From: an uncultured virus (IMG/VR IMGVR_UViG_3300032288_005130)
Lineage: Duplodnaviria > Heunggongvirae > Uroviricota > Caudoviricetes
Length of the DNA stretch: 64,000 nt
Strand: one strand, 5' to 3'
Virus record (IMG/VR): IMGVR_UViG_3300032288_005130
In this document: in pieces, positions 39,154 to 48,853 of the stretch
Numbering within the stretch: position 1 is the stretch's first letter
Layout of the letters: each line of letters starts with the position of its first letter
Notes under the pieces: generated by a model
Database searches by the model: none
Told to the model about the DNA's origin: nothing
Seen by the model: only the letters and a program-made list of their open reading frames with translations
Position numbers and translations under genes: made by a program

Positions 39154-39756
39154 TTAATTTACAATCTTTAGATCTTTCAAAGCCAAATAGGTAAATAAAA
39201 GTGAAAACAAAATAGTAAAGTAACTCAATGTGATTATAGAGTAAATAAGTAATAAAATACTTAATACCAATGAAACAATGGCACTTATTGTTATTGATTT
39301 ATCTTTATTCTTTGTAAAGATAGTTAAGTAACTTCTAAGTAACCTACCACCATCCATAGGATAAATAGGTAATATATTAAATATAAATATTAATAAATTA
39401 ACAATTGCCATTTTTTGTAAAAAATCATTTGGTCCAAAAATAGAAATAGAAATTAGTGATAATAAATATAACATAACATTACTTAAAGGTCCCACTGATA
39501 TAATTCTAACAGAATCTCTGTCATTTATATTGTTTATATCCATCATAGCAGCACCATTAAAAATATCAATATAAACTTCGGATACCTCATAACCTAATTT
39601 AATAGCAGCATAAGCATGAGCTAATTCATGTATTAATATAGATATAAATATTGTTAAGACAAACATAGGTGATACCATAGCAAAAAGTAAGAGGAACCAT
39701 ACTTTCAGATTAACTGGTACTCCGTAAAAGTTGAATAATTTAAATGATAGTTTCAT
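39154..39756 (-). CDS. site-2 protease (M50 family)
   Basis: HELAH, GPLSN, FNILPIYPMDGG; multiple TM helices. Confidence 0.92.
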   Translation of the reverse strand: MKLSFKLFNFYGVPVNLKVWFLLLFAMVSPMFVLTIFISILIHELAHAYAAIKLGYEVSEVYIDIFNGAAMMDINNINDRDSVRIISVGPLSNVMLYLLSLISISIFGPNDFLQKMAIVNLLIFIFNILPIYPMDGGRLLRSYLTIFTKNKDKSITISAIVSLVLSILLLIYSIITLSYFTILFSLLFTYLALKDLKIVN

Positions 39757-39758
39757 AG

Positions 39759-40667
39759 TTATATGTTTATTAGTTTGTTAATTTTTAAATCTCTATTATT
39801 AGTTATTGTATTTTCTATTTGTTTCCAACCCCTATCAATTAGTTTATGTATTCTATAACTTACTCTTTTTCCTGAATACATCTTAGCACTTTTATTAACA
39901 GAGAATACTTTACTCTGACAATGAACAATAGCATTTGGATAATCTTCATGTAATTTTTCACCATCATAACTGACACCACAGGAACTGATATCAACATTAG
40001 ATATTAAATCATTGAAACCTTGTCTATAAATAGATTCATCAGAGATATTAAGACCAAGTGATGGTCTTATTAACTGAACTATTTTTTTACCTTTAATCCA
40101 AGTATGTGGTTCATTTATGATGTGAATTTCTGAATACATTTCTTGAAGGTCTTTACCATTCAACATTTCCATATATTGATAACCATTCTGTTCAAGAATC
40201 ATTTCAATATATCTTATTGCCTTAGCACCACAAAGTATATCAACATCATGGATAGGTTGGTCAGCAATGATATCACGGATAGCACCACCAAAAATCCTAA
40301 CTATATTAAATTTACTTCTAAAAAGTTCATCTGAGTTAAATTCTAAATACTCAGATAGTGATTTTCTAATCTTATCTTCGGGTGTTATTGACAATTCTAT
40401 TAATTTTTCTTCTCTCATATATTGTAAGTATTCTAACATGCTAATATTTATTGTGTACGGTTTTTTATATTCTGAATCGTGATTATTATGTTTCCAAATA
40501 ATATAAAAATTAACAATAATAAATTGTTCCTCTATTCCTCTACTTTGTGAGCAATGTTCTATATTTTTAATAGTAATATCAGATAGGATGAAATCCTTAT
40601 TTACAACTAATCCAGTAAAGTCGGTTACCTCAAAAACTATTTTTCTAACTACATTATTATCTATCAT
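39759..40667 (-). CDS. CCA/poly(A)-polymerase-like nucleotidyltransferase head fused to an upstream tagged module
   Basis: FGGAIRDII...DVDI; internal MREEKLIELSI and terminal NRDLKINKLI. Confidence 0.75.
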   Translation of the reverse strand: MIDNNVVRKIVFEVTDFTGLVVNKDFILSDITIKNIEHCSQSRGIEEQFIIVNFYIIWKHNNHDSEYKKPYTINISMLEYLQYMREEKLIELSITPEDKIRKSLSEYLEFNSDELFRSKFNIVRIFGGAIRDIIADQPIHDVDILCGAKAIRYIEMILEQNGYQYMEMLNGKDLQEMYSEIHIINEPHTWIKGKKIVQLIRPSLGLNISDESIYRQGFNDLISNVDISSCGVSYDGEKLHEDYPNAIVHCQSKVFSVNKSAKMYSGKRVSYRIHKLIDRGWKQIENTITNNRDLKINKLINI

Positions 40668-40978
40668 TTTAATTTATTCAACCAATCTGTTCTAATTTCT
40701 TTTTGAAAGTCGGATATCATTTCATGAGCAGGTTTTGAAAAAAGAAAAGCCGGATTTTCTATACCATAACACTTTAAGAGATAGTCTGTAATATGACTCT
40801 CTGATAGTTTATCTACTCTAAGGAATATACCAGGATGAGCATATTGAGCATCATTGTCTTTATGATTGAACCAAATGTTAAAGTTATCTACATTAAAGAT
40901 AATTTCTTGGAGTGGTATAACTTTATTTGTTTTTTCATTTTTTTCTCTACCTAAAATAGAATTTAATAAATTTCTCAT
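40664..40978 (-). CDS. hypothetical protein (start corrected to MRNLL at 40978)
   Basis: TATATTTG 4 nt upstream. Confidence 0.7.
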   Translation of the reverse strand: MRNLLNSILGREKNEKTNKVIPLQEIIFNVDNFNIWFNHKDNDAQYAHPGIFLRVDKLSESHITDYLLKCYGIENPAFLFSKPAHEMISDFQKEIRTDWLNKLK

Positions 40979-40982
40979 AAAA

Positions 40983-41039
40983 CAAATATACTCAAAAAAT
41001 ATTAAAAAATACATTTTGGGTAAAAATATTTAATATATA
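40983..41039. promoter_or_regulatory. back-to-back promoter module (TATATTTG minus 40983-40990; TAATATATA plus 41031-41039)
   Basis: 4 and 5 nt from the respective start codons. Confidence 0.7.
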
Positions 41040-41044
41040 CTTAT

Positions 41045-42703
41045 ATGAAATGGATATTAGACAGAAACCGATTTTTAAATGAAGCAAAGCTTCGTGATGT
41101 TATATTCCCAAAACAAGCCAAAGAGGTTATTAGAACTTGGGGAGAGAAATACTTAGACTATGAGGAAATTACACCTACTGATAAGATAAAACAAGGTAAG
41201 TGGAAGTTATCTGAGGAAGATAAACTAAATGTATTAGGTCATTTCTTTGATTGTGATATGAATAATATTTTAAAAACATTTACAGATTTACCTGATAGAT
41301 TTGCAAGTGTTTTATCTCAATCAATTAATACAGAATTAACAAGTGATAAAGTTAAATATTCAAGAGTTCTTAGAGATTTTAATGTTAAGAAACCTTCTAT
41401 TGACCAAATAGTTGCTATGTATGATAATGTTTTCAGAAAGTTAAATATTACTGAAACTATGGCTACTGAAATGATTCAAAAAGATGAAAATGGTAGACCT
41501 GTTAGAGGTGAAGATGGTCAAATGATGAAAACTACTAAAGCTGCTGGTGATCCAATATTCACAAACAATCTTATTAGTATCAGTCAGTTTGTAGATGATT
41601 ATAATAGATGTTTCCCTGATGAAAAAGCAGATGCTAGTTCATTAAGAAATGAAGATATACAAAGTTTAAGAAACTTAGCAAAAGAAGATTGTAATGGTAA
41701 ATTAAAAGTTGATTTTGAAATATTCAATAGAGATCTTTATTTAGCTATTTCACATAATCCAAAAGACATATTAAATATGTCAATTTCTAAATTCTATAAC
41801 TCTTGTCAAAATCTTTATGATGGTGGGTATAGAACACAATTATTAGGTAATGTATTTGATCCAAATAGTATTCCTGCTTTCTTAGTATTTGAAACTCCTA
41901 TTTTCTGGGATGACGAAAAGATTGCTGAGCAATTACCACTTTCAAGAATGGTAATTAGAAATATAGAGACATTTGATAATAAAGAAACTAAAACATTCTA
42001 TGATAGAGCTTATCCAGATAGAATGAAAGAGGTATTTGATGAGATTGTTACTAAATATAGTGGTAATGAAGATACTGCTAAAGACCAAAGAGGTGTTAAA
42101 TATGTTTATACTCCAGATATTGAATTTGGTGATACAGGTATTAAAGATCCTTATATGGATAGATTAGATTTAGAAAAAATGCCTTATATCGGTGTTAATA
42201 CAAAAACTTTATATTTAAGTAGATTAACAAGTTGGAAAGATGTAAAGATTGCACCAAATGCTAAGATTAAAGAATTAGTAATTGAAACAACTGATGTTCC
42301 TTCTAACTTTATGGATATTAAATTAGATTTAAATTGGGTTAAATTCAAATACTTAACTATTAATGACTTATCTGTATTTAGTAATATCAAATCTAATTCA
42401 ATAGCCTTTGATAAATGTAAGTTTAATGGTTCTATTCTAAAAGAAATAAGTGATATTAAGAAGTTACAAATTGTTGCTTCAGATGTTAAAAATTTAGACC
42501 TTTCATCATTTGAAAAATTAGATGAATTACACTTATTATATACATTAGAAAACGGAGAAGAACTAGTAAGAACTCTTGGTGATTTAAAAGTAGGTAAATT
42601 AGTAATATCAGGTGATTTATCTTCTTCAAAAGAAGATAAATTATTTATTAACTCCTTAAAACAAAAAGGTGTTAAAGTAGAAATTCAAGGTCCAGTTATA
42701 TAA
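41045..42703 (+). CDS. N-leader-like protein (MKWILDRNRFLNEA) with an LRR-like C-terminus
   Basis: 552 aa; LxxLxxLxL-type repeats near the C-terminus. Confidence 0.75.
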   Translation: MKWILDRNRFLNEAKLRDVIFPKQAKEVIRTWGEKYLDYEEITPTDKIKQGKWKLSEEDKLNVLGHFFDCDMNNILKTFTDLPDRFASVLSQSINTELTSDKVKYSRVLRDFNVKKPSIDQIVAMYDNVFRKLNITETMATEMIQKDENGRPVRGEDGQMMKTTKAAGDPIFTNNLISISQFVDDYNRCFPDEKADASSLRNEDIQSLRNLAKEDCNGKLKVDFEIFNRDLYLAISHNPKDILNMSISKFYNSCQNLYDGGYRTQLLGNVFDPNSIPAFLVFETPIFWDDEKIAEQLPLSRMVIRNIETFDNKETKTFYDRAYPDRMKEVFDEIVTKYSGNEDTAKDQRGVKYVYTPDIEFGDTGIKDPYMDRLDLEKMPYIGVNTKTLYLSRLTSWKDVKIAPNAKIKELVIETTDVPSNFMDIKLDLNWVKFKYLTINDLSVFSNIKSNSIAFDKCKFNGSILKEISDIKKLQIVASDVKNLDLSSFEKLDELHLLYTLENGEELVRTLGDLKVGKLVISGDLSSSKEDKLFINSLKQKGVKVEIQGPVI

Positions 42704-42705
42704 TT

Positions 42706-44349
42706 ATGAAATACATAAAACTATACGAAGCATTTGAATCAGAGAAACTATCTAAAACTCTTGGATTCATAAAAGAAAAACAGGATAGAAATAAATTACT
42801 TGATGATATCAAAAAGATATGTAATCAAATTGATTATCCTTATTCAAAATTAAGTGATGATAACTTTCAATACTTACCTTATAAAGCAGCCTTAAATGTA
42901 AATGCTATTGTAACCGACATACCTTGTGATGCAACAAGTGAAAAAGCTTTCCCTGAGTATGCTGTAGCTGGTGAAGTTTGTAAAGGTGGTAAAATGGTTA
43001 GAATGTGGGGTACAAGAAGAAGAGAGGTAGTTTGTCCTATTTGTAATGGAACAGGTGTTAAGAAAACTAGACCTGAATTAAAATGGATTAAGTTTTGGTT
43101 TTCAGCTGAAGGGAAATATATTGCTACTACGGCTGTTGATGGTCAAATTAGAAAAGGATCAGGAAGAAGAAATGGTGCTACATACACAGGTACACTTGAT
43201 TTAAGAGATTATGATGATGTAGGTGTAGTTAGATTAGGTGATCTTAAAAATGGAGACGTTGCTTTAATAACAATAAACAGAACACCTACGGTTTGTTACA
43301 TAATTGTAGATAATGGTAGTCAATTTGCTATTCAAAATATGCACTCGGGATCAAGTCCAAATAATATATCAAGAGATGCATGGCAACAATATGGTTCAAG
43401 ATCTTGGGCTTTAGGTTCAGGTGATTATCAAGGTCAAATTAAATTATTAAGACCAAAAGGTAATAATTCAGAAGAAAAAGTTGAAATTGAACCAGATCCA
43501 ATAACTTGGAATGTTGTTCTATCACTTAGTAGATATGGATTTGATCTTTCATCAAAAGATGTTGAAGATACAATAAAAGATGCTCACTTTGCAATTGTAA
43601 TGGATTTCGGTAAGATTAAAACATCTGGATTCAAAACTAAATCACTAATTAAAAGTGAAAGAGATGAATCAAGAGAAGGAGCTGTAGCTCTTATGAAAGA
43701 TGATGATATTAGAAAAGAAAATCTTAAGAGATATATTGATAAAATTTCTAAGTCTGTAGATTTAAGTAAAGGATTCTCTGATATAACTAAAATACTTCCA
43801 AGAATATTTGGTGGTAGATTAGCTTTAATCTATACTTTTAGAGGTAGAAATTTTGATGATCTTAATTATATCATTGATGATATATTTAAATTCATGAAAT
43901 CAACTAATGATAGTGATAAACTAAGATGGTCTAATGAAGCAACTAGTGCATTAAATGATGTTTACAAGTCAAATATATCTAATAATAAGAGATATAATAA
44001 TCACTTAGAATTTACTAGAAAAGAAATTGAAAGAAATAATAAGCCAGAATATAATAGATTACTTGATAAGTTAATGGAATTAAGTAGTAAAATTAATACA
44101 TCTATTTTACAAAAACCAGTAGAATCATTAGAAGACTTAGAACTTGCTTATAGAAAATTAAGATCAATAAAGGATATACTAAGATCTGATAGATATTTAC
44201 TTAGAAGATTAGATTCTTTCTTTGATAGATTTGGGAGTGATTCAACTGAAAGAACATATAGATATTTAGTAGAATATGTTGATGAAGAAGATATTGATAA
44301 GTTTATAAATGATATAGATACTTTGATTAAAATTGTAGAGAAGTTATAA
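42706..44349 (+). CDS. N-leader protein (MKYIKLYEAFES) with a DnaJ-type Zn-finger motif
   Basis: CKGG...CPICNGTG. Confidence 0.75.
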   Translation: MKYIKLYEAFESEKLSKTLGFIKEKQDRNKLLDDIKKICNQIDYPYSKLSDDNFQYLPYKAALNVNAIVTDIPCDATSEKAFPEYAVAGEVCKGGKMVRMWGTRRREVVCPICNGTGVKKTRPELKWIKFWFSAEGKYIATTAVDGQIRKGSGRRNGATYTGTLDLRDYDDVGVVRLGDLKNGDVALITINRTPTVCYIIVDNGSQFAIQNMHSGSSPNNISRDAWQQYGSRSWALGSGDYQGQIKLLRPKGNNSEEKVEIEPDPITWNVVLSLSRYGFDLSSKDVEDTIKDAHFAIVMDFGKIKTSGFKTKSLIKSERDESREGAVALMKDDDIRKENLKRYIDKISKSVDLSKGFSDITKILPRIFGGRLALIYTFRGRNFDDLNYIIDDIFKFMKSTNDSDKLRWSNEATSALNDVYKSNISNNKRYNNHLEFTRKEIERNNKPEYNRLLDKLMELSSKINTSILQKPVESLEDLELAYRKLRSIKDILRSDRYLLRRLDSFFDRFGSDSTERTYRYLVEYVDEEDIDKFINDIDTLIKIVEKL

Positions 44350-44381
44350 AAAAAGACCCACTTAATTAAGTGGGTCTTTTT
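44350..44381. terminator. bidirectional intrinsic terminator
   Basis: AAAAAGACCCACTTAATTAAGTGGGTCTTTTT palindrome between convergent genes. Confidence 0.85.
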
Positions 44382-44562
44382 ACTTCTTGAGAATATCCCT
44401 TATCAAACTCTCTATACAAGACTTAACAGTCTCACCATCTAACTTAGATTTCAACTCCTCAATCAACTCTCTGCTCAATTGAACATTTATATTTAGTTTA
44501 TTATAATTTTTCGTATATAACTTTGTTGACTCGTATTCACTTTTTTTCTTTTTTTCCTTCAT
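44380..44562 (-). CDS. small putative ribbon-helix-helix regulator
   Basis: INVQLSRELIEELK...IESLIRD pattern; divergent from the GIY-YIG gene. Confidence 0.5.
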   Translation of the reverse strand: MKEKKKKSEYESTKLYTKNYNKLNINVQLSRELIEELKSKLDGETVKSCIESLIRDILKK

Positions 44563-44616
44563 AAGGGAAGTAGGTATTTTTTATATATACTTTATATAAA
44601 AACAAATTGAAAAGTT

Positions 44617-45684
44617 ATGGAAAATGAAGATAATTGCAGAATAACATACATATACGGTTTATATGAGGTTGGTAAAGAAGATGAGATAAGATATATTGGT
44701 AAAACATTTAGTCCTAAAGAAAGATTTCGATCACATATTAGAAATTTCAAATCTAATAAAGAAAAATCAGAATGGATTAAAAATATACTACTTATCGGTA
44801 GTCAAATTAAAATGATTGTTTTAGAAGAATGTTATGATGATTGGTCAGAAAGAGAGAAATATTGGGTAAATAAATATGGTTTATCGAATCTAACAAACGT
44901 GAGAGATGGTGGACAAAACGGTAAATACTATGAATTAACATATGTCGATTTTAAAAAATGGGTTGAGGATAATTTACCAAACATAAAGACTTTAAAGGAG
45001 TGGATAGAGTGTATAAAAGGAGGAATAATACCTGATAATATTCCAAAGTATCCATATAGAGTTTATCCAGAGATGAAAAATTGGGGAGAAGTTTTCAGAA
45101 CAGGTAAAATACATAATGTAGAGAAAACTAAAGAATATCTTAGTTATGATAATGCAAAAAAGCATATTAAAGACTTTAAATTTAAAAGTGGAAAGGACTG
45201 GTTTAAAAGATATAGCGAAGTCGATGAATCTTTATTTCCAAAAAAACCAAATAGATATTATAAAAATAGAGGATGGATTAGTTGGGGTGATTTTTTAGGA
45301 ACTGGTAATATTAGAGGTTGTGATAAATTATTTATTAGTTATGATGATTGCAAGAAGTATGCTAATTATAATAATATTAAATCACAGAAAGAATGGTTTA
45401 ATCATGTAAAAATTAATAAACCGATTGGTGTACCATCATCACCATCATCAACTTATAAAGAAAGTTGGACATCATGGATGAGCTTTTTTGATAGAGTTGA
45501 GAAAAATATAAGATATGATTACTTATCATATAATGATGCTAAAGAATTATTAAAGGAAAATAAATTGAATAAATTTATAGATTTTAAAAAATTCATAAAA
45601 GGAAAATCAAAAGAATATAGAATACCATCCCACCCAGAAAGCCACTATATTGAATGGTCTGGGTGGGGTGACTTCTTAAATTAA
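44617..45684 (+). CDS. GIY-YIG homing endonuclease with C-terminal helical repeats
   Basis: YIYGL...RYIGKT...RFRSH...EREKYW...LTN; four repeats ending W-x-x-WGDFL. Confidence 0.8.
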   Translation: MENEDNCRITYIYGLYEVGKEDEIRYIGKTFSPKERFRSHIRNFKSNKEKSEWIKNILLIGSQIKMIVLEECYDDWSEREKYWVNKYGLSNLTNVRDGGQNGKYYELTYVDFKKWVEDNLPNIKTLKEWIECIKGGIIPDNIPKYPYRVYPEMKNWGEVFRTGKIHNVEKTKEYLSYDNAKKHIKDFKFKSGKDWFKRYSEVDESLFPKKPNRYYKNRGWISWGDFLGTGNIRGCDKLFISYDDCKKYANYNNIKSQKEWFNHVKINKPIGVPSSPSSTYKESWTSWMSFFDRVEKNIRYDYLSYNDAKELLKENKLNKFIDFKKFIKGKSKEYRIPSHPESHYIEWSGWGDFLN

Positions 45685-46434
45685 TTATTTTTGCTTATTT
45701 AATAAATTTTGATAATGTTCATCAAATCCAACAAGCATATTAGATATATTATTATCATCACTTACTCCTATTATTTCATCAACTAATCCAAATTTAATAG
45801 CCTGATCTGAATTAAACCACTTATCACGAGGTGATATTTCGTACATCTCATCAAATGTTTTTCCACAATTTTTAGCCAACATCTTAAATAAGATATAATT
45901 ATATTTCTCAGCCTCCATTTGACTTATTCGATTATCATCAACATGTCCAGATGTACCAGAACTCACCTGGTGAACCATAACCTTAGAATTAATAAGAGCT
46001 GATCTTTTGCCTTTCTTCCCGGAACTTAATATCACACTCATCATACTAGCACACATTCCTAAGTTAATTGTGGCTATATCACAAGACACATAGTTCATAA
46101 CATCAACCATTGAGAGTCCTTCTAATACACTACCACCACCTGAATTCAAATTAAGTGTTATATCAGCCTTTTTATCAATAGAATCCAAGAATAATAGTTG
46201 AGCATTAACAACAGAACTCATTCTAGCATCCACTGTTCCATATAAAAAAAGTTGACGATCTTTCATTAAACGATCGAAGACACTCATGGATATTACATTC
46301 ATTTGCCTTTCTTCAATGATCATTGGGGTCATTGATGATTCTATTTGATGTCCTATAACATCATCTGTTGTTAAACTATTTAATCCAATATGTTTTGAAG
46401 CATATTTCTTAAATTCTTTTCCTAAGTTTTCCAT
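45685..46434 (-). CDS. clpP: ATP-dependent Clp protease proteolytic subunit
   Basis: SVFDRLMKDR, AQLLFL, NSGGGSV, GMCASM (catalytic Ser), MVHQ (His), RDKWF (Asp). Confidence 0.93.
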   Translation of the reverse strand: MENLGKEFKKYASKHIGLNSLTTDDVIGHQIESSMTPMIIEERQMNVISMSVFDRLMKDRQLFLYGTVDARMSSVVNAQLLFLDSIDKKADITLNLNSGGGSVLEGLSMVDVMNYVSCDIATINLGMCASMMSVILSSGKKGKRSALINSKVMVHQVSSGTSGHVDDNRISQMEAEKYNYILFKMLAKNCGKTFDEMYEISPRDKWFNSDQAIKFGLVDEIIGVSDDNNISNMLVGFDEHYQNLLNKQK

Positions 46435-46453
46435 ATTTATTTTATTTATTGTT

Positions 46454-46741
46454 TTAGTTTATAGTTAAAATCTTATCAATTGTTTCGTCTCTTACTTGAT
46501 CTAAAGTTTTAAATAGATAATAGGGATAAAAGTCTTGTTTACCTTCATCATCAACAATCATTATATCCAAATCAAATGGACCTGCTAATTTTTTTGGATC
46601 CTTAAATGGATTTGAGTCATCACTTATATTCATTCCATCATATGTTTTACCTTTAGTTAGGTATACCAATTTTTTACCAAAGAAATCTCTATCCCAGTCT
46701 CTTAAATCTTCTATATTATCTGTTATGCAAACTATTTTCAT
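46454..46741 (-). CDS. MKIVC/LTKGKTY family protein with tag variant (RDETIDKIL)
   Basis: Family motif; tag. Confidence 0.8.
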   Translation of the reverse strand: MKIVCITDNIEDLRDWDRDFFGKKLVYLTKGKTYDGMNISDDSNPFKDPKKLAGPFDLDIMIVDDEGKQDFYPYYLFKTLDQVRDETIDKILTIN

Positions 46742-47016
46742 ATTCCTAATTTATTTAATTTTTCCTCTCTTAGTATTTGTTCTATATAGAAATGTTTTGA
46801 AAAAGCATCAGTTGTAAAATAATGAGGGTCACGTTCATAAAACCAAATAACCCACAAAATTATGTCTGTCTCATTATGTATAGCCTTCTTATAAGAATAA
46901 GATTTACCTGTATTAAAAACATTAAAGTCATTTTTACAAGTAACTTCACGGAAATCATCGTGTAAAAAAGTAAAAAAGGTTGGATTATCATCCAAAGGAT
47001 ATATTCTATCATCCAT
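46738..47016 (-). CDS. C-tag protein (REEKLNKLGI)
   Basis: Tag; coupled. Confidence 0.8.
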   Translation of the reverse strand: MDDRIYPLDDNPTFFTFLHDDFREVTCKNDFNVFNTGKSYSYKKAIHNETDIILWVIWFYERDPHYFTTDAFSKHFYIEQILREEKLNKLGI

Positions 47017-47279
47017 TATATTCCTATTTTATTCAATTGTATTTCTCTAAATCTCTCTAATGGAACAAATCTATCAATTAGATAATCATTCCTTTTACCT
47101 TTATCATTAATTACACTGACATACCTTCTACCATCAACATTATAAAGATAATCGGTCATTATATGATATTCTCTACCCCAAGTTAATTCTTTAACACCAT
47201 TACCGAAATTGAGTGCATCTGTTTCATCATCTATACAAACTAATTTACACCCTCTTTCAATTGTTTCTATATTAATCAT
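47016..47279 (-). CDS. C-tag protein, LTWGREY family (REIQLNKIGI)
   Basis: Tag; coupled. Confidence 0.8.
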   Translation of the reverse strand: MINIETIERGCKLVCIDDETDALNFGNGVKELTWGREYHIMTDYLYNVDGRRYVSVINDKGKRNDYLIDRFVPLERFREIQLNKIGI

Positions 47280-47491
47280 ATTCCTAATTTATTTAGTTGT
47301 TTTTCTCTCCATTCATCAAGTGGTATAAAGCAAGTCTTAGGATACTCTTGAGATTCGCCATTACCAATATCTATAGCAATCATTCTATATTGGTCTTTAA
47401 ATTCACCATCCGTGATATCATATACTTTACCAACTTCTATATTAGTTTGATTATATATTTCCGGTCCGGTTGAAACACAATATAACTTCAT
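47276..47491 (-). CDS. C-tag protein, VGKVY family (REKQLNKLGI)
   Basis: Tag; coupled. Confidence 0.8.
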   Translation of the reverse strand: MKLYCVSTGPEIYNQTNIEVGKVYDITDGEFKDQYRMIAIDIGNGESQEYPKTCFIPLDEWREKQLNKLGI

Positions 47492-47835
47492 ATTCCTAAT
47501 TTATTTAATTTTTCTTCTCTCATTAACTCTTTGTATAAAGAATCTAATTTATCCCAACCAACATCACCTTGATAAAGGTATCTTGTTCCACTTGATTTAT
47601 CTTCTTTAAGATTTTTTATATACTTCCCGTATGTGTTTATCTCCTCATATCTAATTGCATAAGATGGTTTTTGAGAAACAACACCATAGTTATTAACATT
47701 CTGTAGTCCATATTGAATCCAGAAAACTTGAGTTAAATAATTCATATCACGAATACTTCTAACTAAATCATTTAGATTTTCTTTAATATGTTCGGGTAAA
47801 TCTCTGACCCATAATTCAGATATTTTATTTGTCAT
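47488..47835 (-). CDS. C-tag protein (REEKLNKLGI)
   Basis: Tag; coupled. Confidence 0.8.
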   Translation of the reverse strand: MTNKISELWVRDLPEHIKENLNDLVRSIRDMNYLTQVFWIQYGLQNVNNYGVVSQKPSYAIRYEEINTYGKYIKNLKEDKSSGTRYLYQGDVGWDKLDSLYKELMREEKLNKLGI

Positions 47836-48064
47836 GACAATCTTTGTGGTGTCTAAAATCTTTTATACCAATGTAAAGTGTTGCTAATCCAATAACACCC
47901 CATATAACGCCGAGTATTGGACTATGTAGAATAGAATCTTCTGGAAGTATTGAATTACTCACTAATAAAATAGATTGTATAAATTGTAATATGTGTAGAA
48001 CTGCGTGGATTAAATTGATTGATCCAAGTGATATTAATATCAATGATTTATTTTTAGTATTCAT
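47825..48064 (-). CDS. small two-TM membrane protein, no tag
   Basis: Two hydrophobic helices with His residues. Confidence 0.75.
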   Translation of the reverse strand: MNTKNKSLILISLGSINLIHAVLHILQFIQSILLVSNSILPEDSILHSPILGVIWGVIGLATLYIGIKDFRHHKDCHDK

Positions 48065-48384
48065 ATTCCTAATTCTTTTAATTTAAAATCTCTTTCTAAT
48101 ATTTTATAATTACTTACAATTTCAATAACTTTCTCAGGTGAAATGTGTTCACCATTACAACGAGTCCATTCAACTTGATGTGACTCTGCTTGACCCCAAT
48201 CATCATCATCTTCTATTATTTTTGAATAACCAACACTATATTGATTACCAGCAATTGTAAATACTAAATCTTCACCACTTTCACTGTAATAATCATCACC
48301 ATATGATATATCAACAACTTCTACATCTAACCCGTTTTTTAATGCACTTTTAAGTTGTTTGTATAATTCATCCCATTTATTCAT
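48061..48384 (-). CDS. C-tag protein (RDFKLKELGI)
   Basis: Tag; first gene after a TATATTTG motif. Confidence 0.8.
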   Translation of the reverse strand: MNKWDELYKQLKSALKNGLDVEVVDISYGDDYYSESGEDLVFTIAGNQYSVGYSKIIEDDDDWGQAESHQVEWTRCNGEHISPEKVIEIVSNYKILERDFKLKELGI

Positions 48385-48388
48385 ATTA

Positions 48389-48423
48389 CAAATATAATTA
48401 AAATATTATTAATTTAATATATA
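48389..48423. promoter_or_regulatory. back-to-back promoter module (TATATTTG minus 48389-48396; TAATATATA plus 48415-48423)
   Basis: Each motif is 4 nt from a start codon. Confidence 0.7.
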
Positions 48424-48427
48424 CAAT

Positions 48428-48853
48428 ATGAAATATTTAAAAAGATATAATGAATCTGTTTCATTAGATATAATAGAAAATGTAAAAGATATCTTGTTAG
48501 AACTAAATGATATAGGATTCCAATCAAGAGTTGATGTGATATCTAAATCTTTTTTAAATTCTCCAAATAAAGATACTTTACTTATATCTATCTATAAATA
48601 TGATTTATTTAATAGTGAAGTTGGGGATAATGGATATATGAGATATAAAGTATCAGATGTTAAATATATTATTTTAAGATTAAATAGTTATTTATCTGAA
48701 GTAGGATATCCTTTATATTCATTATATATTGATAGTAGATATAACATCAATAAAAGGCTTACTAGTGGATCAACTAAGATTGGAATTGATGATTTGGATG
48801 AAATGTCTGATTATATAATAATTGATACTACATTAGAATTCTGTAAAGATTAG
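48428..48853 (+). CDS. N-leader protein, DILxELxDxG family
   Basis: MKYLKRYNES; VKDILLELNDIGF. Confidence 0.8.
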   Translation: MKYLKRYNESVSLDIIENVKDILLELNDIGFQSRVDVISKSFLNSPNKDTLLISIYKYDLFNSEVGDNGYMRYKVSDVKYIILRLNSYLSEVGYPLYSLYIDSRYNINKRLTSGSTKIGIDDLDEMSDYIIIDTTLEFCKD

